DNA of 64,000 nt from Promethearchaeota archaeon (GTDB lineage: Archaea > Asgardarchaeota > Lokiarchaeia > Sigyniarchaeales > SOKP01). The position numbers were made by a program, and so were the translations under genes. The notes beneath the pieces are model-generated. The model was not told the DNA's origin. It searched no databases and saw only the letters and a list, made by a program, of their open reading frames with translations. Position 1 is the first letter of the stretch. Every line of letters begins with the position of its first letter. Positions 32,091-41,403 of the stretch are shown here, in pieces. The stretch spans positions 16,713-80,712 of the forward strand of contig JAHLWP010000017.1 in the NCBI GenBank assembly GCA_019057865.1. Direction: 5' to 3'.

Positions 32091-32666
32091 ATGAAGAAGG
32101 AAAGAGCAATCATAATTAAAGATCCACGGCTTCAGAAAATTAGAAATGAATTGAGAACCTTACTAAAGTTATGGAAGGAAGATATAGTAAATTCTCTTAG
32201 GGTTAAGGCTTCTGAGTATTCTGAAGGGGGTGATGACCAAAAATCTAGAGATACTCGAAGGAAGATCTCAGAATTAGATTTGTTACTAAAATTATCCATT
32301 TGTACCTGTCTACATTGTGGTCATAGCGATAAGGATATGATATATATCCCTAAAATGAAGCAATGGCTTTGTATTGAATGTAATTCGGAACGCGTATATT
32401 TTGAGAAATTGAGAAGTGAGCTTCGAACAGATATGAACATGGATGACATACGAGAATTTTTGGACAGGTTGATGGGAGATGAGGGCATCGGTCTAACACG
32501 CTTCGGGTCGAGATGCCATGGGTTTACTTACTCTAAGAGGATTCTGGATAAGATGGGAATCGATAAGGGGATTCAGGATAAATTTTTTGAGTTATGTAAA
32601 TACTATGGAGGGTATTGTGATTGTGAGATTATTTTTAATGCAAAGCCTCAATTATTACAAGAATGA
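32091..32666 (+). CDS. DUF2695-domain protein with an internal Zn finger
   Basis: C-terminal GGYCDCEIIFNA, upstream CHGFTYS; CLHC...CIEC. Confidence 0.75.
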   Translation: MKKERAIIIKDPRLQKIRNELRTLLKLWKEDIVNSLRVKASEYSEGGDDQKSRDTRRKISELDLLLKLSICTCLHCGHSDKDMIYIPKMKQWLCIECNSERVYFEKLRSELRTDMNMDDIREFLDRLMGDEGIGLTRFGSRCHGFTYSKRILDKMGIDKGIQDKFFELCKYYGGYCDCEIIFNAKPQLLQE

Positions 32667-32746
32667 ACCCATTTTCCCAGTTTATTCACATAATAAGCTT
32701 TTTTTTAAAAATAGATAAAAATAAATAATTGATTTAAATTTTCGGG

Positions 32747-33772
32747 TTATTTTTCTCTCCACTCTACTGAACACAGTCCGCAGCGGTATTTTTTACCGTA
32801 CATCCTCGGGTAGTCGAGTATAACATTGCTTTTATCAATACTTTCATGAATTAGATCCTTATTTTCATTCCCACATTCAGGGCATTTTCGGCGACCTTCT
32901 ATCTTTTCAATAGTTATTATCGAATCATCAACTTTACCCGGTATTCCCGGCGCAGCACCAGAAGCACTTGGGGGTCTAGGTTTGGAAGCAGCAATTATAT
33001 CTGCTTTTATTTCTTCTGGAGTAACCTCTCTTATTTCTGCTTTACGTTCTGGCTGAATTTCTGCTACAGCTTTATCTGCTGCGGTCTCAGGCTCTAATAC
33101 AGATTCAGCACGTAATTGTACTGCATCAGATTCTTTGTAATCTACTCCTCTTTCTAGAGCTGCAAAGAACTCGGCATCATCCCCCTCTTCATAAATTGTT
33201 TCGTTTTGTAAACCAGCTCGATCGGCATCGATTTGTCTGGCCCATTGACCTGATTTTACACGTTCTTTAACATTGGAGTCCCCTCCATGCCAAATATATA
33301 CTTTGTTACCCAAATCTGCTACATAACAATCCTCTGATTCTAAGGATTCTTTAGAAAATGGAACTTGTATCATTTTCATGGTATTAATACCTTCAAATTC
33401 TTCAGATGAGACGCGATATAAAACATTTTTCCACTCTGAGAAACCTGCCCAATCACCGGTGCTTACATCTTTTAGTAAGGTTTTTGCCATATTTTTTTCA
33501 ACAACTTTCATTGCCCCCATAGTATTAACTAATTTTAAAAACTCAGAAGTTTCTTGATTTTGATCCACTGTAATAATTCTAGCTGCTCCCCCTCTTTCTT
33601 GATCTAATTTGCGAGCTTGAGCAGCTCCTGCAGTTTTCTCGTCTACAGAACACTTGCTCCCGATCCAAACATAAATTGTACGTTCATCATCTAAAAGGTA
33701 TGTATCTCCCGTGGAAAACACTGGTTTTTTTACTTCTTTTAGTTCCCCTTTATCAATCAAATAAAGTTTTAT
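32747..33772 (-). CDS. Two-domain gelsolin-like protein with C-terminal Zn ribbon
   Basis: FSTGDTYLLD..IYVWIGSKCSVDEK and LESEDCYVADLGNKVYIWHG gelsolin repeats; CPEC...CGLC tail; start uncertain (TTG 33760 or ATA 33772). Confidence 0.9.
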   Translation of the reverse strand: MKLYLIDKGELKEVKKPVFSTGDTYLLDDERTIYVWIGSKCSVDEKTAGAAQARKLDQERGGAARIITVDQNQETSEFLKLVNTMGAMKVVEKNMAKTLLKDVSTGDWAGFSEWKNVLYRVSSEEFEGINTMKMIQVPFSKESLESEDCYVADLGNKVYIWHGGDSNVKERVKSGQWARQIDADRAGLQNETIYEEGDDAEFFAALERGVDYKESDAVQLRAESVLEPETAADKAVAEIQPERKAEIREVTPEEIKADIIAASKPRPPSASGAAPGIPGKVDDSIITIEKIEGRRKCPECGNENKDLIHESIDKSNVILDYPRMYGKKYRCGLCSVEWREK

Positions 33773-33886
33773 AATAAATTCACCTTTTAGTTTTTTTTAA
33801 AATTTATATACATTATAAAAGAATCCTTATAAAAAGTTTGATAATATTACTAATATTTTAATTATAAATTTCGAGAAAAAAATAGA

Positions 33887-35266
33887 CTAAAATTCATCTA
33901 AAGCTAAATTAATTCTTTCAATTAGTTTTGGGATTTCATTAATATCAACAGAGCAATAAGCAATTCGGATTCCATTTACATTTTCATCTAATTTTTCTAT
34001 TGGTATAATTCCTACTTTATATTTTTTTAATAAGTGATCAGCGAATTCAGTTGCTTTAATCTTATCTGGATCTAAATTTACAAATAGAAAAAAACCTCCC
34101 GAATTGGGGTCAATTGAAATTTTTGGATTATTTATTTTAGCTAACTCAGAATTTATTTTTTTATATCTTTCATGCAAGATATTTTTCACTTTCTCTCTTG
34201 ATTTAATGATTTGATGGATACCCTTTTCATTAAATAATTTTTGAGTTAATACTTGATAAAAATGATTACAATTCGAGATTGTAGCCCGAATAAAACCTTC
34301 TAATTTATTCTCGATCTCTTTTTTTAGAATTTCTAATTCTTCATCAGTCTCAAACCAATTTTCTTTTAATCCAATGGTGATAAATCCGACTCTACCACCA
34401 TATATTAAGAATTCTTTAGTTATTCCGTCCAATTTAATTGGAATTACGTTTTCCTCTAATTGATGGAGATCATAAAAAACAGATCTATTTAAAACATTAT
34501 CAGTATATACATATGGTTCATACGCATCATCAACAAGTATTATTATTGGTTTTTCAAGAGATTCTTGACTCTCTTTTAATAATTTAACAAGTTGCTTACT
34601 CTCCTCTTTTGTAGGAACGTAGCCAGTAGGGTTATTCGGAAAATTTAATAAAATTAAAATTTTATCTTGAGTAGTTCCTACATCATAGATTGCATCGTTT
34701 AATCCATCAAGATTTAGATTTTGGTCTTCAAAAAATTCAAAAAACTTAATTCTAGCACCAATAAATTTACAAATTATATTGTCATAATTACCCCATCTCT
34801 TATTTGGCATGATTATTTTTTCACCAGGATTTAAAAATAAATTGCAACTTTGAAATATGCCATTAGTGACTCCGTTTGTAATTATTGGAGTTGTAATATA
34901 TTTTTTTAAATTTTTTATCTTTGTATTCTCTTTTTCATCATCATAAAATGATTTTTTGAGTAACCATTCCTTCCAAATTTCTCTTGTTTCAAGTAACCCG
35001 CCGATAGAAGGATATGTTACAATTTCGTGTATCTTTAAATTCGAATATTCAGATATTTCTTTAAGATAGCATGGCATCCAATCCGAACTACCTCCATCAA
35101 TGAAATCTTTTTCAAAACCATAAGCAGAACCTATTGTACCAATTAATTCTGCTTCACTTTTTGCCCTTCTTGCCCAATAAAAAATCCCCTCTGGTAAAAA
35201 AATCCTTTTTCCAATATCAGAAAACGTTTTATATAAAGGAGTTTTTTGAATATATTTAAATTTCAT
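33887..35266 (-). CDS. PLP-dependent aminotransferase class I/II
   Basis: NFPNNPTGY, VDDAY, DGITKE...GGRVGF, GIRIAY. Confidence 0.92.
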   Translation of the reverse strand: MKFKYIQKTPLYKTFSDIGKRIFLPEGIFYWARRAKSEAELIGTIGSAYGFEKDFIDGGSSDWMPCYLKEISEYSNLKIHEIVTYPSIGGLLETREIWKEWLLKKSFYDDEKENTKIKNLKKYITTPIITNGVTNGIFQSCNLFLNPGEKIIMPNKRWGNYDNIICKFIGARIKFFEFFEDQNLNLDGLNDAIYDVGTTQDKILILLNFPNNPTGYVPTKEESKQLVKLLKESQESLEKPIIILVDDAYEPYVYTDNVLNRSVFYDLHQLEENVIPIKLDGITKEFLIYGGRVGFITIGLKENWFETDEELEILKKEIENKLEGFIRATISNCNHFYQVLTQKLFNEKGIHQIIKSREKVKNILHERYKKINSELAKINNPKISIDPNSGGFFLFVNLDPDKIKATEFADHLLKKYKVGIIPIEKLDENVNGIRIAYCSVDINEIPKLIERINLALDEF

Positions 35267-35353
35267 ATTTGTGTTAAAGGCTTCGTAAATTTTTTACTAA
35301 AAATTGTCCATAAAATAAATATTTAAGTATATAGAAACACTATATAAAAAATT

Positions 35354-35824
35354 ATGAGTAAACAAAATATTTCAGATGATTCTGAACAGGAGAAACGTAA
35401 AGATAGTGCTTTATCAGGAGGATGGAATGACTTTATAAATGGAATTAAGAATAACTTTAACGACTTTCAAAAATCACTCGAAAGTCAATCACAGAAAAAT
35501 AAAGAATTATGGGAAAAAAATAAAGATAAAATTAATACATTTTTCACAAATATGAAGCAAAAATGGGATAAAAAAATTCAAGTACTGAATTCTGATATTG
35601 AGAAAAGTAAGTTAGAAACTAAAGAACAATGGAATGGTTATAAAGAAAAAGTTAAGCAAGATTTCAAAAAATGGGAAGAAAAAACACGTGAAGACTGGCA
35701 AGAAGGCATCAAATCATTCAGAAAAGGATTTTTCAAAGCTTATTTTTGGGCTCTACTATTAATACTCCCTATTCTTTTAATAGTTATTGTAGTATTAGTT
35801 ATAGTAAATAGATATTTAGGATGA
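35354..35824 (+). CDS. Amphipathic-repeat, tail-anchored protein
   Basis: W/F-periodic helical body and a single C-terminal TM helix. Confidence 0.7.
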   Translation: MSKQNISDDSEQEKRKDSALSGGWNDFINGIKNNFNDFQKSLESQSQKNKELWEKNKDKINTFFTNMKQKWDKKIQVLNSDIEKSKLETKEQWNGYKEKVKQDFKKWEEKTREDWQEGIKSFRKGFFKAYFWALLLILPILLIVIVVLVIVNRYLG

Positions 35825-35897
35825 TAAATCTACTACTTATTAATCTTAACATCTATTGGAATAGAGAATATATCAAAGTATCTTATCTTGAAAAATA

Positions 35898-36557
35898 ATG
35901 ATTGAAATTCTTACAATATCTTTTATAGTCGCTTTAACAGGGGCTTTATCTCCTGGTCCTGTTTTAACTTTTACAATTTATAAATCTCTAAATAGTGAAA
36001 AGGGTTACTTAGCGGGATTTTTTATAGTTTTAGGTCATGCTTCCTTAGAATTTTCTTTGATCCTTTTTTTATTATTGGGTGCTTCTCTACTTTTCCAAAA
36101 TTTAGTATTTCTAATAATATTAGGCATTGTAGGAGGAATTTGTTTAGTATTATTTGGAATTCTGTCCATACGAGATGTCTATAAAAAGCAATATGAGTTA
36201 GATTTTAATATATCTGATGAAAATTTAAAGAATTTTAAAGGAAATAGTTTTATTGGAGGTATATTTTATTCAATAACTAATCCTTATTGGGAGTTTTGGT
36301 GGGCAATGGTTGGTTTAACAATAATGATTGATTTAAATGTGTCTTTTGAAAACCCAATGGGGCTTTTACTATTCTTTATTGGACATGAATTAGGAGATTT
36401 TGTATGGTACATCCCAATTTCTATATTCGTATATTTTGGGGGTAAATCTTTAAATCCCAAGGTTTACAAATATGTTTTGATAGTATGCGGAGTATTCATG
36501 ATAATTTTTGGAATCTACCTATCTATTAATATTATCATTTTTCCTCCTAAAATATGA
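35898..36557 (+). CDS. LysE family translocator
   Basis: ALSPGP, GHASLE, TNPYWEFWW, GHELGD. Confidence 0.9.
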   Translation: MIEILTISFIVALTGALSPGPVLTFTIYKSLNSEKGYLAGFFIVLGHASLEFSLILFLLLGASLLFQNLVFLIILGIVGGICLVLFGILSIRDVYKKQYELDFNISDENLKNFKGNSFIGGIFYSITNPYWEFWWAMVGLTIMIDLNVSFENPMGLLLFFIGHELGDFVWYIPISIFVYFGGKSLNPKVYKYVLIVCGVFMIIFGIYLSINIIIFPPKI

Positions 36558-36561
36558 AATC

Positions 36562-38625
36562 TTAAAATTCCTCATTTCCATTATCTTCGAAAAGTTCTGA
36601 ATATGGTTCAAGAAAATGATTCTGACACATTGGACATGAGTTATATTTAGATAACCAAAAAGCAACACAAAGATAATGATAAGTACTTGCACAAAACGGA
36701 CAAGTTATAACTTTATCTCTTGCAAAGTTAATAAATTTATGACAAACTGTACATTGAACATCTGATTGGGCTATTCCCTTTCTAATTTTAACTCGTGTAG
36801 ATAAAATTTTCTCCAATTTAGATAATTCTACTTGATAAAGACCTAAAGAATGATTAAGTTGATTAAGCTTTGAATTTATTTCAACAATTCTTTCTTTTAA
36901 CTCGTCTTCACTTAATCGTTCTGCTAAAAACGATGATAAAGCAAAATTAAGTGGTAATTCTTCAAAATTTTCAGTCTGTTCCGTAATTTCCGTAATCGTT
37001 GCGAATAAAAGCCCTTCCTTTTCAATCAATTCTTTAAAGCTTTTGAATAATTTATTTAATAATAACGATATAAGAAATGCTAACTGTTGCCTTTTCCGAT
37101 TAAAATTATCTTCCCAAAATTTGATGATTTGATAAAGGTCAACATCATGTGATTTAACGGAATCTAACTTTTTATAGACCTCATCTTTAATTATTTGGAT
37201 TCTTTTATTACAATCACTTAAAATTTCTCTGATATGTTTTAATTGGGGAAATTCCTCTTTTATTATTAACGACGTTTGATCCTCATATGTTCTAATTAAA
37301 TCATTCACAGCTGAGATTTTCTCAGTAATAAAATCTCTAATGTCAACTCGTAATTCCTCATTCTTAACAGTTTCAATAAAATTTAAATATTCATTTTTTC
37401 TACGGAAAATCTCAGATGCAACATTTGAAAGAATTTTTTTTAATGAGTTTGTTATATTCTCATATGGTTTTAAATGATTTTCAAATCTTAATATCCAATC
37501 TTCAATATTATCAATTATCGAAGAAAAATTATCAATCTTTCTATAATAATAATTCGCAATTTCTTCAAATTCTGTTGATTGATTTACATCATTAATCTTT
37601 TCTTGAAATTTCTTTTCTATACCATTAATATATATTTCTACAATTTGAGGAAAAAAAATACCAATGTTCTGATCCAGAATCGATTTTATATTAGTTTTAC
37701 TATCCTTTTCTGAGAGAAGAAACTCTTCAATTTCATCAAGAATATTTCTCAATTTATCTTTAATTATACTTATAGCTAAAGGACGCGCAAAATCTTTTAA
37801 ATGTTGTATGACTTCTTTCCTTTCAAGAATATTTATAAACGCTTCTCCCTCATATTCTTCAAAAATATTGTTTTTATAGAGGAGGTAAATTAGATCTGAA
37901 TAAGGTTTAATGTTTCCTTCATCTTTAGATAAATAATGCTGAAACAATTCATCAAAATGGAATGATAAAATCCCTTCATCTTTATGTTTTTTTCCTTTTT
38001 TAGGAAAAACATCATTTAAACTTCTTATGAATACATAAAGATCCTTAATGTCATTCCAGTTTTCAAGTGTATTTGGCAATTTATTTAATTTAAAGTTTAA
38101 ATTTTTAATTTTGTTTGCCTCAATCCATAAATAAATCTCATTATCGTAGTTTATTTCAATTTTTATAAGAGAATTTTTAAGAGTAGAATGTATACTACTA
38201 TACTCATCAATTAGATTTTTCAAGTTTGATAATAAAGCTTCTAAAAATGATTTTTTTTTGAATAATCTTTTAATATTCCGACTATTTGAATTTAAATTTT
38301 GTAGATTTTTTGAAATAAGGTTTAGTTCTTCAACAATTTTTGATTTTAAATGATAATAATTAAGGTTGCCATTTGATATTAACTCCTCAGAATTTAGCAA
38401 ATATAGATCCAAAAAAACTTTCAATTCATTTAAGTAATTTGAATATAAGTTAAGAATTGGAGTTGAAAGTTGTAATTTTGATTTTATATATTCCTCTATT
38501 TCAGATTCTCCAGCATTTTCTGTTTCAAAATTTGCTAGCTTCTTTTTTATCTCTAATAATTCTTCTTTAGTAAACCCACTTATTTCCTTAGTACCATCGA
38601 ATACATTATTGAAAAGATTCAACAT
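36562..38625 (-). CDS. Coiled-coil protein with C-terminal RING finger (C4HC3-type)
   Basis: CTVC...CPFC...HYLC..FWL....CPMC. Confidence 0.85.
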   Translation of the reverse strand: MLNLFNNVFDGTKEISGFTKEELLEIKKKLANFETENAGESEIEEYIKSKLQLSTPILNLYSNYLNELKVFLDLYLLNSEELISNGNLNYYHLKSKIVEELNLISKNLQNLNSNSRNIKRLFKKKSFLEALLSNLKNLIDEYSSIHSTLKNSLIKIEINYDNEIYLWIEANKIKNLNFKLNKLPNTLENWNDIKDLYVFIRSLNDVFPKKGKKHKDEGILSFHFDELFQHYLSKDEGNIKPYSDLIYLLYKNNIFEEYEGEAFINILERKEVIQHLKDFARPLAISIIKDKLRNILDEIEEFLLSEKDSKTNIKSILDQNIGIFFPQIVEIYINGIEKKFQEKINDVNQSTEFEEIANYYYRKIDNFSSIIDNIEDWILRFENHLKPYENITNSLKKILSNVASEIFRRKNEYLNFIETVKNEELRVDIRDFITEKISAVNDLIRTYEDQTSLIIKEEFPQLKHIREILSDCNKRIQIIKDEVYKKLDSVKSHDVDLYQIIKFWEDNFNRKRQQLAFLISLLLNKLFKSFKELIEKEGLLFATITEITEQTENFEELPLNFALSSFLAERLSEDELKERIVEINSKLNQLNHSLGLYQVELSKLEKILSTRVKIRKGIAQSDVQCTVCHKFINFARDKVITCPFCASTYHYLCVAFWLSKYNSCPMCQNHFLEPYSELFEDNGNEEF

Positions 38626-38732
38626 AAAAATACTATGTATTAATAGATTAGCTTATAATAATTAGAAATATATTATACAATAAATTCTTAATGATTAAAA
38701 AGAAATTATTTCTTAAGAAGGAGGGCTCTAAA

Positions 38733-39350
38733 TTATTCTCCTAACTCTTTTATTTCTATAAATTTTTCTTCAGCACCATCTTTAGTTATTATCAGAAGAT
38801 CAATACCATTACCACTCATAGCATCTCGTTTAATCGAGGTACTAATTGCTTTTTCCACTAATTTTTCCCCTTCTGCAACTGTCATATCTGATCTATATTC
38901 TAGTTCTAAAATACCAATTGAAAGAAGCATTCCTGTTCCTGCTGTTCCATAATCTTCAGGCATTAATGAACCAAGGGCATCTAAAACATATAATTTAGGG
39001 CCATCTTTATCCATTCCAGCTATAATTATATTCGTATACAAGGGCATCATTTTTCTTGAATACAAATAATTTGAAACCAACTTGCCTAAACTCTTAGTAG
39101 TAATTTTCTCTCCTGCATCTAAAAAATATAAATTTGCCTGAGCTTGTAAAATCTTAACTAAAATTTGGAAATCTCCAATTAATCCGTATGCTGCTAATCC
39201 AATATAATCAGTTATCTTAAAGACTTTCTTTGTTGATTTACTTATCACAGTGTATCCAAGCGTACCACGCCTATCATTTCCAAGCACAACACCATCCTTA
39301 CATTTTATTGCTACACCACAAGCACCGGGGACAATTATTTGTTGAGCCAT
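38733..39350 (-). CDS. psmB: Proteasome subunit beta-like
   Basis: KDGVVLGNDRR, KKVFKITD, GPKLYVLDALGS, RDAMSGNG. Confidence 0.92.
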   Translation of the reverse strand: MAQQIIVPGACGVAIKCKDGVVLGNDRRGTLGYTVISKSTKKVFKITDYIGLAAYGLIGDFQILVKILQAQANLYFLDAGEKITTKSLGKLVSNYLYSRKMMPLYTNIIIAGMDKDGPKLYVLDALGSLMPEDYGTAGTGMLLSIGILELEYRSDMTVAEGEKLVEKAISTSIKRDAMSGNGIDLLIITKDGAEEKFIEIKELGE

Positions 39351-39569
39351 ATAAATTTACCTATTAGAATTTAATTGTTAAAATATAGAGTTCTTTTGAT
39401 AATATAAAATAATCAGAATTAATTAAAATTTTTCTTTTAAATTATAAAATTTTACTCAATACATGAAAAAATAAATTATATTTATTATAATTCTACATAT
39501 ATTATTTTTCATATTTAATTTAACCATGTGAATTATAGATTGAAGATAATTTTAACTTGTTAATTCAAT

Positions 39570-39953
39570 TATGACTAAATGTTTATGATCAGATAATTCA
39601 TAATATGATATTAAGTGGCGATTATTTCTATCGATAAAATTTTTTTTAATTCCTTATTGAATTATAATAAAACCTATATTATGAATGAATTATTCAATAT
39701 TAATATTTGAACAATTTTGATACTAAAAAAACTCATTCATATTTTTATTATGATCATTGAGTTAGTGATCCTATATAGGATGGTAATATATTTATTGTGG
39801 ATTGCTAATTTTCATTAAAGTTTTTTTAATTCCCCATTAAACCATAATAAAAACCAATTTAAAGACCATTTACTCAATCTTGTTATTTGAATTATTTTGA
39901 TACTAACAAAATTAATTCATATTCTTTGTATGATCAACAAACACGTGATCATA
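39570..39953. repeat. Degenerate non-coding tandem repeat, 180-bp period
   Basis: 39641-39770 versus 39821-39950 match 96/130 ungapped by manual count; TGATC recurs at 39586, 39766 and 39946. Confidence 0.8.
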
Positions 39954-40152
39954 GAAAGTTACCATTTAATTGAAATATTAATTTTTTGTCGTAATTTTTT
40001 TTCCATTTAACTCTTTTTATTCTTCTGATTCGCCATAACATTTAAATAACTCTTCACATATAATACTATCTAAGAAACTTTAAAAATAAATTAAAAAAAA
40101 ATTAAAACCTTAGAGTTTAAAATTAAAAATTAAAAAGTGGAGGAAAAAAATT

Positions 40153-40371
40153 ATGGCAAAAAAGAAACATTCCTTTGCATGGAGCCCAATTCGTCGACTG
40201 ATGAAACAACAAGGTGCAACGATTGTAGCTCGAAATGCGGTTGATCTATTAATTGATCATTTAGAAAAGACAGCCTTGAAATTAACTGAACAAGCAAGAT
40301 CATTCACAACCCATGCAAATCGTAAAAAGATTACCAAAAACGATTTACTCTTGTCTATAAAATACAAATAA
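40153..40371 (+). CDS. Archaeal histone (HMf family)
   Basis: FAWSPIRRLMK..GA.IVARNAV...HANRKKITKNDL histone fold; GGAGG RBS. Confidence 0.92.
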   Translation: MAKKKHSFAWSPIRRLMKQQGATIVARNAVDLLIDHLEKTALKLTEQARSFTTHANRKKITKNDLLLSIKYK

Positions 40372-40594
40372 GTTAATTTTTAATAATCAAAAAAATAATA
40401 TATTCCTTTTTTTTCCTTTTTTATTTCTTTATTATTTAAACTTAAAGTGAGTTTCAAGCAGATTGAAATCAATTTCTCTAAATTAATCCTTTGATAGTTA
40501 GAGTTTAAAAGATTTGAATAAAAATAATAGTAACCAAAATGTATTTTTTAGTTCTTTAATTAATAATCATAGTGTATTACATGTGAGAGAAGAA

Positions 40595-41251
40595 ATGCAA
40601 ATGGTTCAAAAAACCGAGGAAAATAACCAAATCCAAGTGAATGGGAAAGCAAAAGAGAATCTTTTCCGCGCTATGGAAATAATGATGCAAAATCTCGAAG
40701 CTAATGTGATTCACCTTAAGAAAAACAAGTACTTCAAACACACGCAGAAATTTATTGAATTAGTATATGATGGTATAATTAATAAGAGGAAACTTTTCTT
40801 ATTGGCTTCAGGAAGGAGTGCATTCATTTTGCAATGCTTTGCTACACGTCTTGTACATTTTAACGCTGAGGTTTATATGGTAACTAATTTAGGTTCAATA
40901 CCGGCACTTACAAATAATGATATTTTGATAGTTTTATCAGGTTCAGGAACAACTGAGATTGTTGTGTCCTTATTGAAAAACTATGTGAATACAGTCCAAC
41001 CCTACGGTATAGTCTCCATAACATCCCACCCAGAATCAATTATTGGTAGAATTTCTGAAATTACAATCAAACTAAAAGGTCGAACAAAAAGGGATAAACC
41101 TGAGGCAGGAGATGATGCTATATTAACTCCTGAGGGCACAAATTTTGAGATTGCTGCATTTGTGTATCTTGATTCAATAATAGCAGAATTAGCTATTAAA
41201 TTAGGAAAGACAGATGAAGATATGCTTAAAAAACATTCTCAAGCAACCTAA
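40595..41251 (+). CDS. SIS-domain sugar isomerase (3-hexulose-6-phosphate isomerase-like)
   Basis: ASGRS, LSGSGTT, ITSHPES, PEGTNFE; start taken at ATG 40595. Confidence 0.82.
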   Translation: MQMVQKTEENNQIQVNGKAKENLFRAMEIMMQNLEANVIHLKKNKYFKHTQKFIELVYDGIINKRKLFLLASGRSAFILQCFATRLVHFNAEVYMVTNLGSIPALTNNDILIVLSGSGTTEIVVSLLKNYVNTVQPYGIVSITSHPESIIGRISEITIKLKGRTKRDKPEAGDDAILTPEGTNFEIAAFVYLDSIIAELAIKLGKTDEDMLKKHSQAT

Positions 41252-41335
41252 CTTTCTTTTTTCTTCTTTTTTTAATAAGAATTCCCTTTTTCTTGTAAAG
41301 TAATAATTAATAGGTATTTTGCATAATTATTAATA

Positions 41336-41398
41336 GCGCCGATTTATAGTGTTTTTATGAGAATTTAATTTGATGAATAAAAATCTCCAAATCGGCGC
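41336..41398. other. GC-rich stem-loop between convergent genes
   Basis: GCGCCGATTT (41336-41345) and AAATCGGCGC (41389-41398), a perfect 10-bp inverted repeat. Confidence 0.6.
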
Positions 41399-41403
41399 AC
41401 ATT

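Larger units (their letters stand above)
23022..32800. mobile_element. Decayed composite island at the 3' end of the gelsolin gene
   Basis: Three homologous junction copies (23022-23163, 29341-29466, 32573-32800), many fragments and small plasmid/virus-like ORFs; no integrase visible. Confidence 0.6.

Noticed and set aside
39570-39953. CRISPR array or small repeated ORFs
   Set aside because: Units are 180 bp, degenerate along their whole length, with no repeat-spacer pattern and no conserved reading frame found
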